Program-made: the position numbers and the translations under genes | Origin: Mycoplasma sp. CAG:877 | GTDB lineage: Bacteria; Bacillota_I; Bacilli_A; RF39; UBA660 | Direction: 5' to 3' | Length of the DNA stretch: 64,000 nt | Assembly: GCA_000433455.1 (NCBI GenBank) | Contig: HF992499.1 | Coordinates: 72,475-136,474 of the forward strand | Notes under the pieces: generated by a model | Told to the model about the DNA's origin: nothing | The model's input: only the letters and a program-made list of their open reading frames with translations | The model's database searches: none | Shown here: positions 1 to 8,972 of the stretch, piece by piece | Position numbering within the stretch: the first letter of the stretch is position 1 | Layout of the letters: each line of letters begins with the position of its first letter

Positions 1-2
1 AA

Positions 3-527
3 GCTAAATTAGAAGATATAGCAACAAAATGCTATAACAACCAAATTACTGATACTCAAGCCCTAGAATTGATTAAAGAAGTAGCAAATACTCAACATCA
101 AAACTTAATTGACATATATACAGAGTATCAACCAATATTAGAACAATATGCTTCAACTCATCCATTTGATTTACATGGTGTACAAGAGAGTATGCAATTT
201 GTACTTGATCACCCGGATGCTGTAATAAAGATGAATGAGGGTATGGTTGAATCTATCCAAGTCGGTGAAGAATTAGCTGGTTTATCAGCTGAACACATCG
301 CAGCAATTAACTCACTACCAAGTGATTTAGCAACAACACTATTTGGAGTAGCAACTTCAACTGCCGCTTTAACATATCAAGCAGCTTCTACTATGAATAA
401 CAATGTAAAATCAGGAAAGTATGGTAATGAAACAACAGATATGATTCAAGATTATATTGATAGTAAAGCAAAAGCTAATGAAGCAGCACCAGAAGAAAAA
501 TCAAGTGGAAGTGGAAAGAGTAGATAA
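3..527 (+). CDS. hypothetical protein, C-terminal part (ORF runs off the 5' window edge)
   Basis: The frame is open from nt 3 (AKLEDIATKCYNNQ...). The tracked start at 69 is a TTG inside a continuing ORF. No family motif recognised. A hairpin plus T-run follows. Confidence 0.5.
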   Translation, partial: AKLEDIATKCYNNQITDTQALELIKEVANTQHQNLIDIYTEYQPILEQYASTHPFDLHGVQESMQFVLDHPDAVIKMNEGMVESIQVGEELAGLSAEHIAAINSLPSDLATTLFGVATSTAALTYQAASTMNNNVKSGKYGNETTDMIQDYIDSKAKANEAAPEEKSSGSGKSR

Positions 528-537
528 AGTTAAAACA

Positions 538-568
538 AAAGACTGTCAAAAACAGTCTTTGTTTTTTT
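538..568 (+). terminator. rho-independent terminator
   Basis: aaagactgt-caaaa-acagtcttt stem-loop followed by gttttttt. Confidence 0.75.
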
Positions 569-629
569 CTAGCAAATATTGCTTGTTAATAAATGTATAA
601 CATGATATCATTAAAATAGAGGTGAGAAA

Positions 630-1097
630 ATGAAAAAGGTAAAATATTTAGTAGCATTATTATTAGGAGTACTTATAGTAACAGGTTGTCAAGGCAAAGA
701 TCAAACAAAGACAATGGTTTGTTCAAGGACAATTAATCAAGAGCAAGCTTCAATGGATTTAAGTTATACAGTAACTTATACAGGTGACTATGTAGAAAAA
801 GTGGAAAGTATTGAAAAAGTAACTTCAACAGATACAAGTGCTTTAAATTCTTATAAAGAAGAAATAGAAGCAACATACAAACCATATGCCAACATAAAAT
901 ACTATGATACCGAAGTAACAGTTGATGGAAATACTTTAACTAGCAAAGTAACAATTGATTATTCAAAGATCGATTACAAAGAATTTACTAATATTGATTC
1001 AGCAAATTCCCAAATATTTACTTCTGATGGAAAAGTAAAACTTGAAACTATGGAATCATTATATGAACAAATCGGAGCAACTTGTACAAAAAAGTAG
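630..1097 (+). CDS. putative lipoprotein (DUF1307/YehR-like size and layout)
   Basis: Signal peptide ending in the lipobox LIVTG-C (MKKVKYLVALLLGVLIVTGCQG). The family assignment is from memory of similar ~150-aa lipoproteins only. Confidence 0.7.
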   Translation: MKKVKYLVALLLGVLIVTGCQGKDQTKTMVCSRTINQEQASMDLSYTVTYTGDYVEKVESIEKVTSTDTSALNSYKEEIEATYKPYANIKYYDTEVTVDGNTLTSKVTIDYSKIDYKEFTNIDSANSQIFTSDGKVKLETMESLYEQIGATCTKK

Positions 1098-1102
1098 ACT
1101 CT

Positions 1103-1130
1103 AAAGCAACAAAAAAGTTGCTTTTTCTTT
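1103..1130 (+). terminator. rho-independent terminator
   Basis: aaagcaac-aaaaaa-gttgcttt followed by a T-rich tail. Confidence 0.65.
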
Positions 1131-1185
1131 GATTGACAAAGATAAAAAAACACGATAGAATAAATACATGTTTAGGAGGAAAAAC

Positions 1186-2394
1186 ATGACAAACGAAAAA
1201 TATTTAGTAATTAATGGTGGTAGTTCATCATTAAAATTCGCACTATACTCAATGCCAGAAGAAAAAGAATTAATAAATGGATATATTGAGAAAATTGGTG
1301 CCCCAGATTGTTTCTGGACTTTAAAAATAAATGGAGAAAAAATTAAGCATGAAGCTCCTTTAAAAAACCATTTAGAAGCTGTTGAAACTATGATGAAAGA
1401 ATTAATTGACAACAAGATAATTGAAAGTATAGCAGAAATAAAAGGAGTAGGTCATCGTATTGGACATGGTGGAGAATATTATCCATCTTCAGTATTAATT
1501 GATGATGAAGTAATTAAGCATATTGAAGAACTAACAAAGTTAGTACCATTACATCATCCTGGTCAATTAGCAGGTATTAGAGCAATGGAGCAAGAATTAT
1601 CAAATGTACCACAAGTTGCTGTGTTTGATACATCATTCCATCAAACTTTACCAAAAGAAAATTATATTTATGCTGTACCATATGAATGGTATGAAAAATA
1701 TGGAGTTAGAAGATATGGTTTCCACGGAAGTAGTCATCAATATATAACTCAAGAAATGCAAAAGAGACTTGGTAAAAAAGATGTTAATCTAATTATTTGC
1801 CATATTGGTTCTGGAGCATCAGTAGCAGCTATAAAAGATGGTAAGAGTGTAAATACTTCATTAGGTATGTCAGCAATTGAAGGTTTAATAATGGGTACAC
1901 GTTGTGGTTCAATAGATGTATCAATTCCAGAATATGTTGCTAAAGAATCAGGAAGAAGCATTGATGATATAATGCAAGATTTAAGCAAGAAATCAGGTTT
2001 ACTTGGAATCTGTGGTAAAAACGATTTCCGTGATGTTGAAGAGTTAGCTGATCAAGGTGATGAAAAAGCTAAATTAGCTTTAGAAATGGTTGAAAATTCA
2101 GTTGTTAAGTATATTGCTCAATACTATTTTGAATTAAATGCAGATGTAGATGCAGTTATTTTCACAGCTGGTGCTGGAGAAAATGATATTGACTTAAGAG
2201 CAGGAATAATGAGAAAAATTGAAAAACCAATGAACATTACTTTCGATGCCGAAGCTAATAACAATATCGCTAAATTCAGATCTGAAAGAGAAGGAATCAT
2301 TACTAAAGAAGATTCAAGTATTCCAGTATATGTAATTCCAACAGATGAAGAGTTAATGATTATAAGAGATACATACGAAACAGTATCAAAGTAA
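1186..2394 (+). CDS. ackA: acetate kinase
   Basis: N-terminus KYLVINGGSSSLKFALY and full-length collinearity with acetate/propionate kinases. AGGAGG at 1174-1179 favours the ATG at 1186 over the tracked 1168. Confidence 0.95.
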   Translation: MTNEKYLVINGGSSSLKFALYSMPEEKELINGYIEKIGAPDCFWTLKINGEKIKHEAPLKNHLEAVETMMKELIDNKIIESIAEIKGVGHRIGHGGEYYPSSVLIDDEVIKHIEELTKLVPLHHPGQLAGIRAMEQELSNVPQVAVFDTSFHQTLPKENYIYAVPYEWYEKYGVRRYGFHGSSHQYITQEMQKRLGKKDVNLIICHIGSGASVAAIKDGKSVNTSLGMSAIEGLIMGTRCGSIDVSIPEYVAKESGRSIDDIMQDLSKKSGLLGICGKNDFRDVEELADQGDEKAKLALEMVENSVVKYIAQYYFELNADVDAVIFTAGAGENDIDLRAGIMRKIEKPMNITFDAEANNNIAKFRSEREGIITKEDSSIPVYVIPTDEELMIIRDTYETVSK

Positions 2395-2505
2395 AATAAA
2401 ATTTAAAATATACTAATTGAAAGTACGCCAAAAGCGTACTTTTAAATCTACTAAAATTAAATATAATGCTATACTAATATAGAAAGAATTAAGTTTGGTG
2501 ATCAT

Positions 2506-3375
2506 ATGAAACATATCTTTATAGTAAATCCAATTTCCGGAAAAGGTAAAACTTTAAAAGCAGTAGATAGAATAAAAAAAGTCTGTGAAGAAGAAAATTT
2601 AGATTATGAAATATATTTTACAGAATACCCTAAAGATGCTACCAAGATAGCAAGAAAATACCGTTTTACTAAAAATATAATTTATAGTGTTGGTGGAGAT
2701 GGAACTTTAAACGAAGTACTAAATGGTATAGTAGGAACAAAAAACTTACTAGGCGTAATTCCAGCTGGCTCTGGAAATGATTTTTATAAAACACTATCCA
2801 AAATAGATGAAGAGTACCCAGTAATTGATATTGGTAAAGTAAATGACCGCTATTTTATAAATATTATAAGTATTGGAATAGATGCCGAAGTTGCAAACAA
2901 TGTATCTTTAATGAAAAAAAGAAAAGTACCAACTAATCAAATATATAATGCTAGTCTAATATATACATTTTTTAAATATAAATATAAAGATATAGAATTA
3001 TCAATTGATGAAAAAGAACAGAAAAAAGGAAAATGTACCATCTTAACAATTTGTAATGGACAAGTTTATGGAGGAGGCTATAAAATTGCTCCTAGTGCTA
3101 AACTAACTGATGGCTATTTTGACGTCTACTATGTAGAAAAAGTAAATAAGCCTCAACTCCCATCATTAATAAATATGTTAAAGCAAGGAATACATGAAAA
3201 ACATAATAAAGTTCATAAAAGCCAAGCTACTAAAATCAAATTTAAATGTGATAAAGAACTAGTTTGTAATATTGATGGAGAAATTATGACAGCCAAAAAA
3301 TTTAATGTTAAAATAATACCCAATGCCATCACCATTTATAACAACAAAGAACTTATTAAAAAGTTCACAAGATAA
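2506..3375 (+). CDS. diacylglycerol kinase-family lipid kinase (DagK/YegS-like)
   Basis: MKHIFIVNPISGKGK..., the GGDGTLNEVLNG motif and ~290 aa length are typical of the DAGK catalytic domain family. Confidence 0.9.
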   Translation: MKHIFIVNPISGKGKTLKAVDRIKKVCEEENLDYEIYFTEYPKDATKIARKYRFTKNIIYSVGGDGTLNEVLNGIVGTKNLLGVIPAGSGNDFYKTLSKIDEEYPVIDIGKVNDRYFINIISIGIDAEVANNVSLMKKRKVPTNQIYNASLIYTFFKYKYKDIELSIDEKEQKKGKCTILTICNGQVYGGGYKIAPSAKLTDGYFDVYYVEKVNKPQLPSLINMLKQGIHEKHNKVHKSQATKIKFKCDKELVCNIDGEIMTAKKFNVKIIPNAITIYNNKELIKKFTR

Positions 3376-3393
3376 AGATTAATTTAATAGAAA

Positions 3394-3427
3394 AAACAGT
3401 CGAAATAAAACGACTGTTTCTTTTTTT
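3394..3427 (+). terminator. rho-independent terminator
   Basis: aaacagtcg-aaataaaa-cgactgttt followed by ctttttttt. Confidence 0.8.
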
Positions 3428-3576
3428 AATTTCATAAATTCCAAACATAATATTATTAGAAAAGTTATTTTGACTGATATTTTTTTCTAGAAAGTAAAAA
3501 TTGCTACTATTTTTAACTTGAAAAGCAAAAATTTGATTGACAAAAACATCATAACAGGTTAGTATAGTGAGCTAAC

Positions 3577-3596
3577 TCTAAGAACTAATTCTTAGA
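3577..3596. promoter_or_regulatory. perfect 8-bp inverted repeat (tctaagaa-ctaa-ttcttaga) in the 5' leader of the adhesin gene
   Basis: Read directly from the sequence, 25 nt upstream of the GGGAGG RBS of the 3621 ORF. Function unknown (operator or 5' stem-loop). Confidence 0.35.
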
Positions 3597-3620
3597 AAAA
3601 ACAAGTGGGAGGAAATATAA

Positions 3621-6600
3621 ATGGTTAAAAACTCTAAATTGAAAAAACTGTTTACATGGCTTTTTGTAATAGCTGGAATATTTGGCCTAACAATAGTTGG
3701 AAATGCCCAAGATGAAGCAGGGAAAATTATTGTATCCAAAACAGCAACAAAAATCTATGATGAAACAAGTGATGACAACTTAGAAAAAGGTAGATATGCT
3801 AAAGTAAATCTATCAGTAAACGCTAATCCATACAATACATCAGTAGTAACCAATGGCAAACTTGACATTGTGTTAATATTTGATAGTTCAAATAGTATGG
3901 CAACAAAATCTGGTCGTTTTAGTACAACTACTAGAATGCAAGATGCTAAACAAGCAGCCAAAGACTTTGCTAATACTTTAATGGATAACAAAGGAACTGT
4001 AAAAATTGGTATAGTTGAATTTGGAACTCAAGTAATGGACGTTCAAGAAATGACAGATAGTAAAACTACCGTTACTAGATTCATTAACAACAAGTTAAAC
4101 ATACCAAGAGATAATCAAGATGGTGGTACTAATTTACAAGCTGCTATTGCCAGAGCAAAAACAGTACTAAATAATGGAAAAAGAGAAGATGCTAAACAAA
4201 TAGTTATCATTCTAACAGATGGAGTTCCAACTTTCTTTAACTATAATGGGACTAGATATGGAACAGGTCAAGACGATAGTGAAGTTAATTACAACTGCAG
4301 ATTGCAAATAATAGATTATATTTGCGATAGCCAAAGCCCATCAGATGCGGCTAAAACTGAATTAGATAACTTAAAAACAACTCATAAAACATCTGATGTA
4401 TATACAATTGTTTTTGGTAATGAGAAAGAAGCAACAGAAAAATTAGCAAAAATAAATCCAGAAAATAAAGATCCATTATACAAAAACTACAATGCCTTAA
4501 CTGGTGATGATTTAAAGAAAATGTTTGAAGATATCTCAGAACAATTAATGAACATAATTGGAAAAAATAGTGTTGTAACAGACATAATTCCAAAAGAGTT
4601 TAAATTAACAACTGACTCAAAACAATCTTTAATAGAACAAGGTGTAGAAGTTGTAGAAAATAATGATGGAACAACTACCTTAATTTGGAATATTGGTAAT
4701 GTTGAAGCCAATAATATAAAAGAATTAACATATGAAGTAAAAGCTGAAGATGATTATCATGGTAGTATTTATACTAACCAAAGTGCAACTCTAAAAACAA
4801 CAGTTGCTGAAGATAATCCTTATTATGATAAAATATCTCAAGAAATAACTTTTGAAAAACCAACAGTTGAAATACCAGCAATAACAAAAGATGATCATTA
4901 TAGTGAAAATCCAAGTTACATAGGTTATGCCTCATCAACAATTACTGGTACAAGTATTCTAAATAATGATTTAAATAAAGAGATAAAAACCGATAAAACA
5001 AAAGCAAATGACACAGTAGTAGTAAAAGATGAAATCATTATAAATGAAACATCAACAGTTGTTAAAGTAGTAGGTGAAACTAATAAATATCAAATTACTA
5101 AAGATGGAGTTTTACAAGGTAGATTAACAGTTAATGAAGATGGAACATTTACATTTAATGCTACAAATGAAGCATCAGGTGAAGTAGAATTTACTTATCA
5201 TATAAAAAGTACAATTAATACTCATCATGAAACAGAGTTTGTTTATAGTAACGATGCAAAAGTAACATTACTAATAAACTCTCGTCAAAAAACATCTATC
5301 TCTGGTGTAAAAGTTTGGCATGATGCCAATAATAATGATGGCCTTCGTCCAACTACTATAACAGTAAAATTACTAGCAAATAATCAAGAAATATCTTCAC
5401 AAGAAGTTAGTGCTTCTACTAATTGGGCCTATGAATTTACCGATTTATATGTCTATGAAGAAGGACATGAAAATGAAGAGAATTATTTAATAGACTATAC
5501 TGTTAAAGAATTAAACGTTCCAGGTTACACAACAGAAATAACTGGAACAACAATCACTAATACTCATGAAATTGATACATCAGTAGAAGTATCAGTAAGA
5601 AAAGTATGGGATGATGCTGCTAATCAAGACGGTCTACGTAAAGAAATTACAGTAGCCTTACTTGCCAATGGTAAAGAAGTAGACACTATTACTTTATCAG
5701 ACACAAATAACTGGACATATACATTTAACAATTTACAAAAATATGAAGATGGTAAAGAAATAAAATATACAATCGAAGAAAAAACAACATTAGATGGTTA
5801 TACAGTAGAAATAACTGGTTCAGTAAAAGAAGGTTATACAATTACAAATACACATACTCCAGTAACTATTGATATAACTGGTGAAAAAGTATGGTTAGAT
5901 AATAATAACAATGATAATACAAGACCAGAAAGTATAACTTTAAAATTACTTGCTAATGGTAAAGTTATTAAAACTACTACAGTAACTAGTAAAACAACAA
6001 CAAATAATTGGACTTATGAATTTAAAGATTTACCAAAATTTGAAAATGGAAAAGAAATTATTTATACAGTTGAAGAAGTACCAGTTGAAAATTATGAAAC
6101 TTCTTATGATGAAGAAAATCCATTTATAATTATTAATACTCATGAAAATGAGCAATTAGAATTATCTGGTGAAAAGACATGGAAAGATGCTAATAACCAA
6201 GATGGAATTCGTCCTAATTCAATTAAAGTTACTTTAATTGGAAAAGTAGGAGACAAAACAATATATACTTCAGAAAAAATAGAAGTAACTGCAACTACTA
6301 ACTGGAAATATAATTTTGGAAAAGTAAATAAATATTATGAAGGTCAAGAAATTACTTATACTGTAATTGAAGACAATGTTGAAGGATACAATGTTGAGTA
6401 CAATGGTCTTGATATTACTAATACTCACACACCAGAAACACTAGATATTGCCGGAACAAAAGTATGGAATGACTCAGATAATCAAGACGGAATAAGACCA
6501 GAAGAAATCACTGTAATTTTAAACAAAACTGTAGCAGGAGTAACAACAAAAGTAACAGAGACTGTAGTTAAAGAAGGTGCAAGTGGTAACTGGAATTTCA

Positions 6601-7415
6601 AATTTGAAAACTTACCAAAATATGAAAATGGCGAAGAAATTATTTATACAGTAGAAGAAGTAGATGTAAATGGTTATACAAGTGAAATAAAAGACTTTAC
6701 TATAACTAATACACATACTCCAGAAACAGTAACATTTAATATTCAAAAAGAATGGTACGATGAAGAAAATAATGATGGAATTCGTCCAGAATCAATCACA
6801 GTAAGAATTAAAGCTAATGGTGAAGAAATCCTAACAGCAATTCTTTCTGAAAAAACTAATTGGCAAGCAACATTTAAAGACTTACCAAAATATACAAATG
6901 GTCAAGAAATAATTTATGAAATAGTAGAGGATGCTGTAGATGGATATACTCCTACAGTAACTGATCCTATTAAAGAAACTGATAACAATATAACAATCGT
7001 TATTAGAAACACTCATGAATTAGAAACAACAGAAATTTTAATTGAAAAAGTATGGGACGATCTAGGAAATGAAAATTCTCGCCCAGACTCAATTACAGTA
7101 AATATCTATGCAAATGGAAAATTATTTGAAATTGTTGAAATAACAAAAGAAAATAATTGGACATATACCTTAGATAGATTACAAAAATACTTAAATGGAG
7201 AAGAAATAATTTATACTGTTGAAGAAGTAGAATTGGCAGATTATGTAACAAGTTATGATGGTTATACAATTATTAACTCTTATAAATCTAAAGGAGAGAT
7301 AATTCCACCATATACCGGAACATCTACAAACACTAACAACTTATATCGTGAGATGTTAGTACTAATTCTAGGAGCATTAAGTATAACTTATGTTTTCAAG
7401 AAAAAAGAAAACTAA
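3621..7415 (+). CDS. cell-wall-anchored adhesin: signal peptide, vWA domain, 7 CnaB-type repeats, PPYTG sorting signal
   Basis: N-terminal signal peptide. MIDAS-like DIVLIFDSSNSM ... ILTDGVPT (vWA). Seven ~95-100-aa repeats (K)VW.D..N.DG(I/L)RP...TNTH (CnaB/B-type). C-terminus is IPPYTG, then a hydrophobic stretch, then KKKEN. Confidence 0.9.
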   Translation: MVKNSKLKKLFTWLFVIAGIFGLTIVGNAQDEAGKIIVSKTATKIYDETSDDNLEKGRYAKVNLSVNANPYNTSVVTNGKLDIVLIFDSSNSMATKSGRFSTTTRMQDAKQAAKDFANTLMDNKGTVKIGIVEFGTQVMDVQEMTDSKTTVTRFINNKLNIPRDNQDGGTNLQAAIARAKTVLNNGKREDAKQIVIILTDGVPTFFNYNGTRYGTGQDDSEVNYNCRLQIIDYICDSQSPSDAAKTELDNLKTTHKTSDVYTIVFGNEKEATEKLAKINPENKDPLYKNYNALTGDDLKKMFEDISEQLMNIIGKNSVVTDIIPKEFKLTTDSKQSLIEQGVEVVENNDGTTTLIWNIGNVEANNIKELTYEVKAEDDYHGSIYTNQSATLKTTVAEDNPYYDKISQEITFEKPTVEIPAITKDDHYSENPSYIGYASSTITGTSILNNDLNKEIKTDKTKANDTVVVKDEIIINETSTVVKVVGETNKYQITKDGVLQGRLTVNEDGTFTFNATNEASGEVEFTYHIKSTINTHHETEFVYSNDAKVTLLINSRQKTSISGVKVWHDANNNDGLRPTTITVKLLANNQEISSQEVSASTNWAYEFTDLYVYEEGHENEENYLIDYTVKELNVPGYTTEITGTTITNTHEIDTSVEVSVRKVWDDAANQDGLRKEITVALLANGKEVDTITLSDTNNWTYTFNNLQKYEDGKEIKYTIEEKTTLDGYTVEITGSVKEGYTITNTHTPVTIDITGEKVWLDNNNNDNTRPESITLKLLANGKVIKTTTVTSKTTTNNWTYEFKDLPKFENGKEIIYTVEEVPVENYETSYDEENPFIIINTHENEQLELSGEKTWKDANNQDGIRPNSIKVTLIGKVGDKTIYTSEKIEVTATTNWKYNFGKVNKYYEGQEITYTVIEDNVEGYNVEYNGLDITNTHTPETLDIAGTKVWNDSDNQDGIRPEEITVILNKTVAGVTTKVTETVVKEGASGNWNFKFENLPKYENGEEIIYTVEEVDVNGYTSEIKDFTITNTHTPETVTFNIQKEWYDEENNDGIRPESITVRIKANGEEILTAILSEKTNWQATFKDLPKYTNGQEIIYEIVEDAVDGYTPTVTDPIKETDNNITIVIRNTHELETTEILIEKVWDDLGNENSRPDSITVNIYANGKLFEIVEITKENNWTYTLDRLQKYLNGEEIIYTVEEVELADYVTSYDGYTIINSYKSKGEIIPPYTGTSTNTNNLYREMLVLILGALSITYVFKKKEN
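5290..7285 (+). repeat. seven tandem in-frame ~285-300-nt CnaB-domain coding repeats
   Basis: Repeat starts near 5301, 5596, 5881, 6168, 6451, 6741 and 7041, each encoding ..KVW.D..NQDGIRP.. The copies are diverged. Confidence 0.85.
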
Positions 7416-7422
7416 AAATACT

Positions 7423-7455
7423 AAGAACACTTTCATCTGGAGGTGTTCTTTTATT
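7423..7455 (+). terminator. rho-independent terminator
   Basis: aagaacac-(12 nt)-gtgttctt followed by ttatt. Confidence 0.6.
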
Positions 7456-7520
7456 ATTAGAAAAATATAAAAAAACTTGCGTCTAAAAATGACAAGTTAT
7501 GTGATAAAGTTAAAATGCAA

Positions 7521-7549
7521 TTGACTAAAAAAAAACATCTGATATACTT
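7521..7549 (+). promoter_or_regulatory. putative sigma-A promoter (ttgact-16 nt-tatact)
   Basis: Hexamers read from the sequence, ~50 nt upstream of the 7601 ORF. Confidence 0.4.
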
Positions 7550-7600
7550 AAGTTAAGAATAGAAAGCTATTCGAGATAATGTAAAGGAGAAAAAAATAAA

Positions 7601-8896
7601 ATGAAAAAGAATTTATTACTTATTATTGCAGCATGTGCATTTTTTATTCCTTCAGTAGTATTTGCTAAAGCACCTGAGTATGTTGCAGCAGAAAAATCAC
7701 TTTATGCAAATGGTACTCCAATTACTATTGAAGAAAGAACCGATGGAACGGCTGGAGCACTAATTAAATGGGAAGGTGGCGAAGCCCTTGTAGCTGAAAA
7801 TACTTCAGTTTTTGGTGGCTCTCACAATTCAGATGAGGCTATTGAAAGTGCTTCAATTACAATGAATGGTGGAACAGTAAAGAATGTTATTGGTGGTGGA
7901 CTACACAAGAGTATCGTAAAAAAAGCAACCATAATAATGAACAATGGTACAATTACTGGTAGCCTTATGGGTGGAGGCGCACATCATCTAAAAAGAGCTA
8001 CTGATGGTGATTTTATTGATTCTAATGTTGAAAATGCAAAGGATAGAACAAAAGCCATAACAATAGTAGATGAAACTGAAATAACTATAAATGGTGGAAC
8101 TGTTAAGTATGCAGTATGGGGTGGAGGAGAAAGCTACTCATATACTGGTAAATCAACAGTAACTATTAATAATGTTAAGACTAATTATGCTATAGCAGGT
8201 GGATCTAATGGTTACACTGGTGATGTAACTTTTACAATTAATGGAGGAGAAATTTCTACAGTTCAAGGTGTTAACCGTGGTGAAATGAATACTATAACAA
8301 CAACAATCAATGGGGGAAAAATTAATGCTGTATATGCAGCAGGTGATTCTAGTGATACAGGTGTTGATGGTATAGTTAATGAAAAAGTTAGTTTAAAGGT
8401 TTTTGATGGAGAAATTACTACAATTAGTGCTGGTACATCTGGAGGACCAAACTCATTAGCAACAGCCCTAGTAGAAGCAGAAATCAATGCGAAATTCGAA
8501 GATAAAATTGGTCAAGACTTTAGTGAAGATACTACAGAAGTAACTGTAAACCTAATGTTAATTGCTGGAAATGAAAGAGAAACAATCCAAATTCCAAAAG
8601 GAACAACTTTCACAAAAGAAGAATTACAAGGTTTAATTGATGAAATTAATCAAGAATTAGCAGCAGATAAATTACAATTAGTAGGTTTCTATTTAGATGA
8701 AGAGTTAACTCAAGAATTTGATTTTTCAACTCCAATTGATGCTGATACTGAACTATTCATGAAACTTGCAGAATTAAGAGAAGAAACTGGAGAAAAGAAT
8801 CCAGAAACTTCTGATATTAATTTATTCTTAATCATCTCTTTAGCAGCTCTAGGTACATTAGGTACTGCAGTTGTATTAAAGAATAGACTTTCATAA
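7601..8896 (+). CDS. surface protein with beta-helix-like (I/M)NGG...GGG repeats, a Listeria-Bacteroides (Flg_new)-type repeat and a C-terminal anchor
   Basis: Signal peptide. About 7 repeats such as MNGGTVKNVIGGG / INGGTVKYAVWGGG / INGGKINAVYAAG. LVGFYLDEELTQEFDFSTPIDADTELFMKL resembles the Flg_new repeat. C-terminus is NPETS, then a hydrophobic helix, then KNRLS. Confidence 0.75.
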   Translation: MKKNLLLIIAACAFFIPSVVFAKAPEYVAAEKSLYANGTPITIEERTDGTAGALIKWEGGEALVAENTSVFGGSHNSDEAIESASITMNGGTVKNVIGGGLHKSIVKKATIIMNNGTITGSLMGGGAHHLKRATDGDFIDSNVENAKDRTKAITIVDETEITINGGTVKYAVWGGGESYSYTGKSTVTINNVKTNYAIAGGSNGYTGDVTFTINGGEISTVQGVNRGEMNTITTTINGGKINAVYAAGDSSDTGVDGIVNEKVSLKVFDGEITTISAGTSGGPNSLATALVEAEINAKFEDKIGQDFSEDTTEVTVNLMLIAGNERETIQIPKGTTFTKEELQGLIDEINQELAADKLQLVGFYLDEELTQEFDFSTPIDADTELFMKLAELREETGEKNPETSDINLFLIISLAALGTLGTAVVLKNRLS

Positions 8897-8907
8897 TAAA
8901 AATAATT

Positions 8908-8939
8908 AAGAGGTGCTTCCTAAAGTACTTCTTTTTTTT
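8908..8939 (+). terminator. rho-independent terminator
   Basis: aagaggtgc-(8 nt)-gtacttctt (two G-U pairs) followed by tttttt. Confidence 0.6.
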
Positions 8940-8972
8940 GTTTAAAAAGCATAAATATCTATAGGTGAAATT

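Noticed and set aside
1101-1415. Antisense or overlapping ORFs from the six-frame track. Examples: 1101-1415(-), 1749-1988(-), 3755-3991(-), 4351-4593(-), 4487-4711(-), 8263-8487(-), 13110-13427(-), 13255-13437(-), 14053-14310(-), 15173-15433(-), 17729-18001(-), 20115-20408(-), 21080-21280(-), 23192-23542(-), 24081-24275(-), 26781-27029(-), 27062-27244(-), 37119-37319(-), 37222-37422(-), 39385-39570(-), 46099-46281(-), 56353-56658(-).
   Set aside because: Each lies entirely inside, or opposite, a much longer ORF that has clear family motifs. They have no RBS and low-complexity or hydrophobic junk translations, as expected by chance in AT-rich DNA.
5290-7285. ~290-nt tandem DNA periodicity that could be mistaken for a repeat array or CRISPR-like structure.
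   Set aside because: The repeats are in frame and diverged, and each encodes a CnaB domain within one continuous ORF. There is no spacer/repeat architecture.
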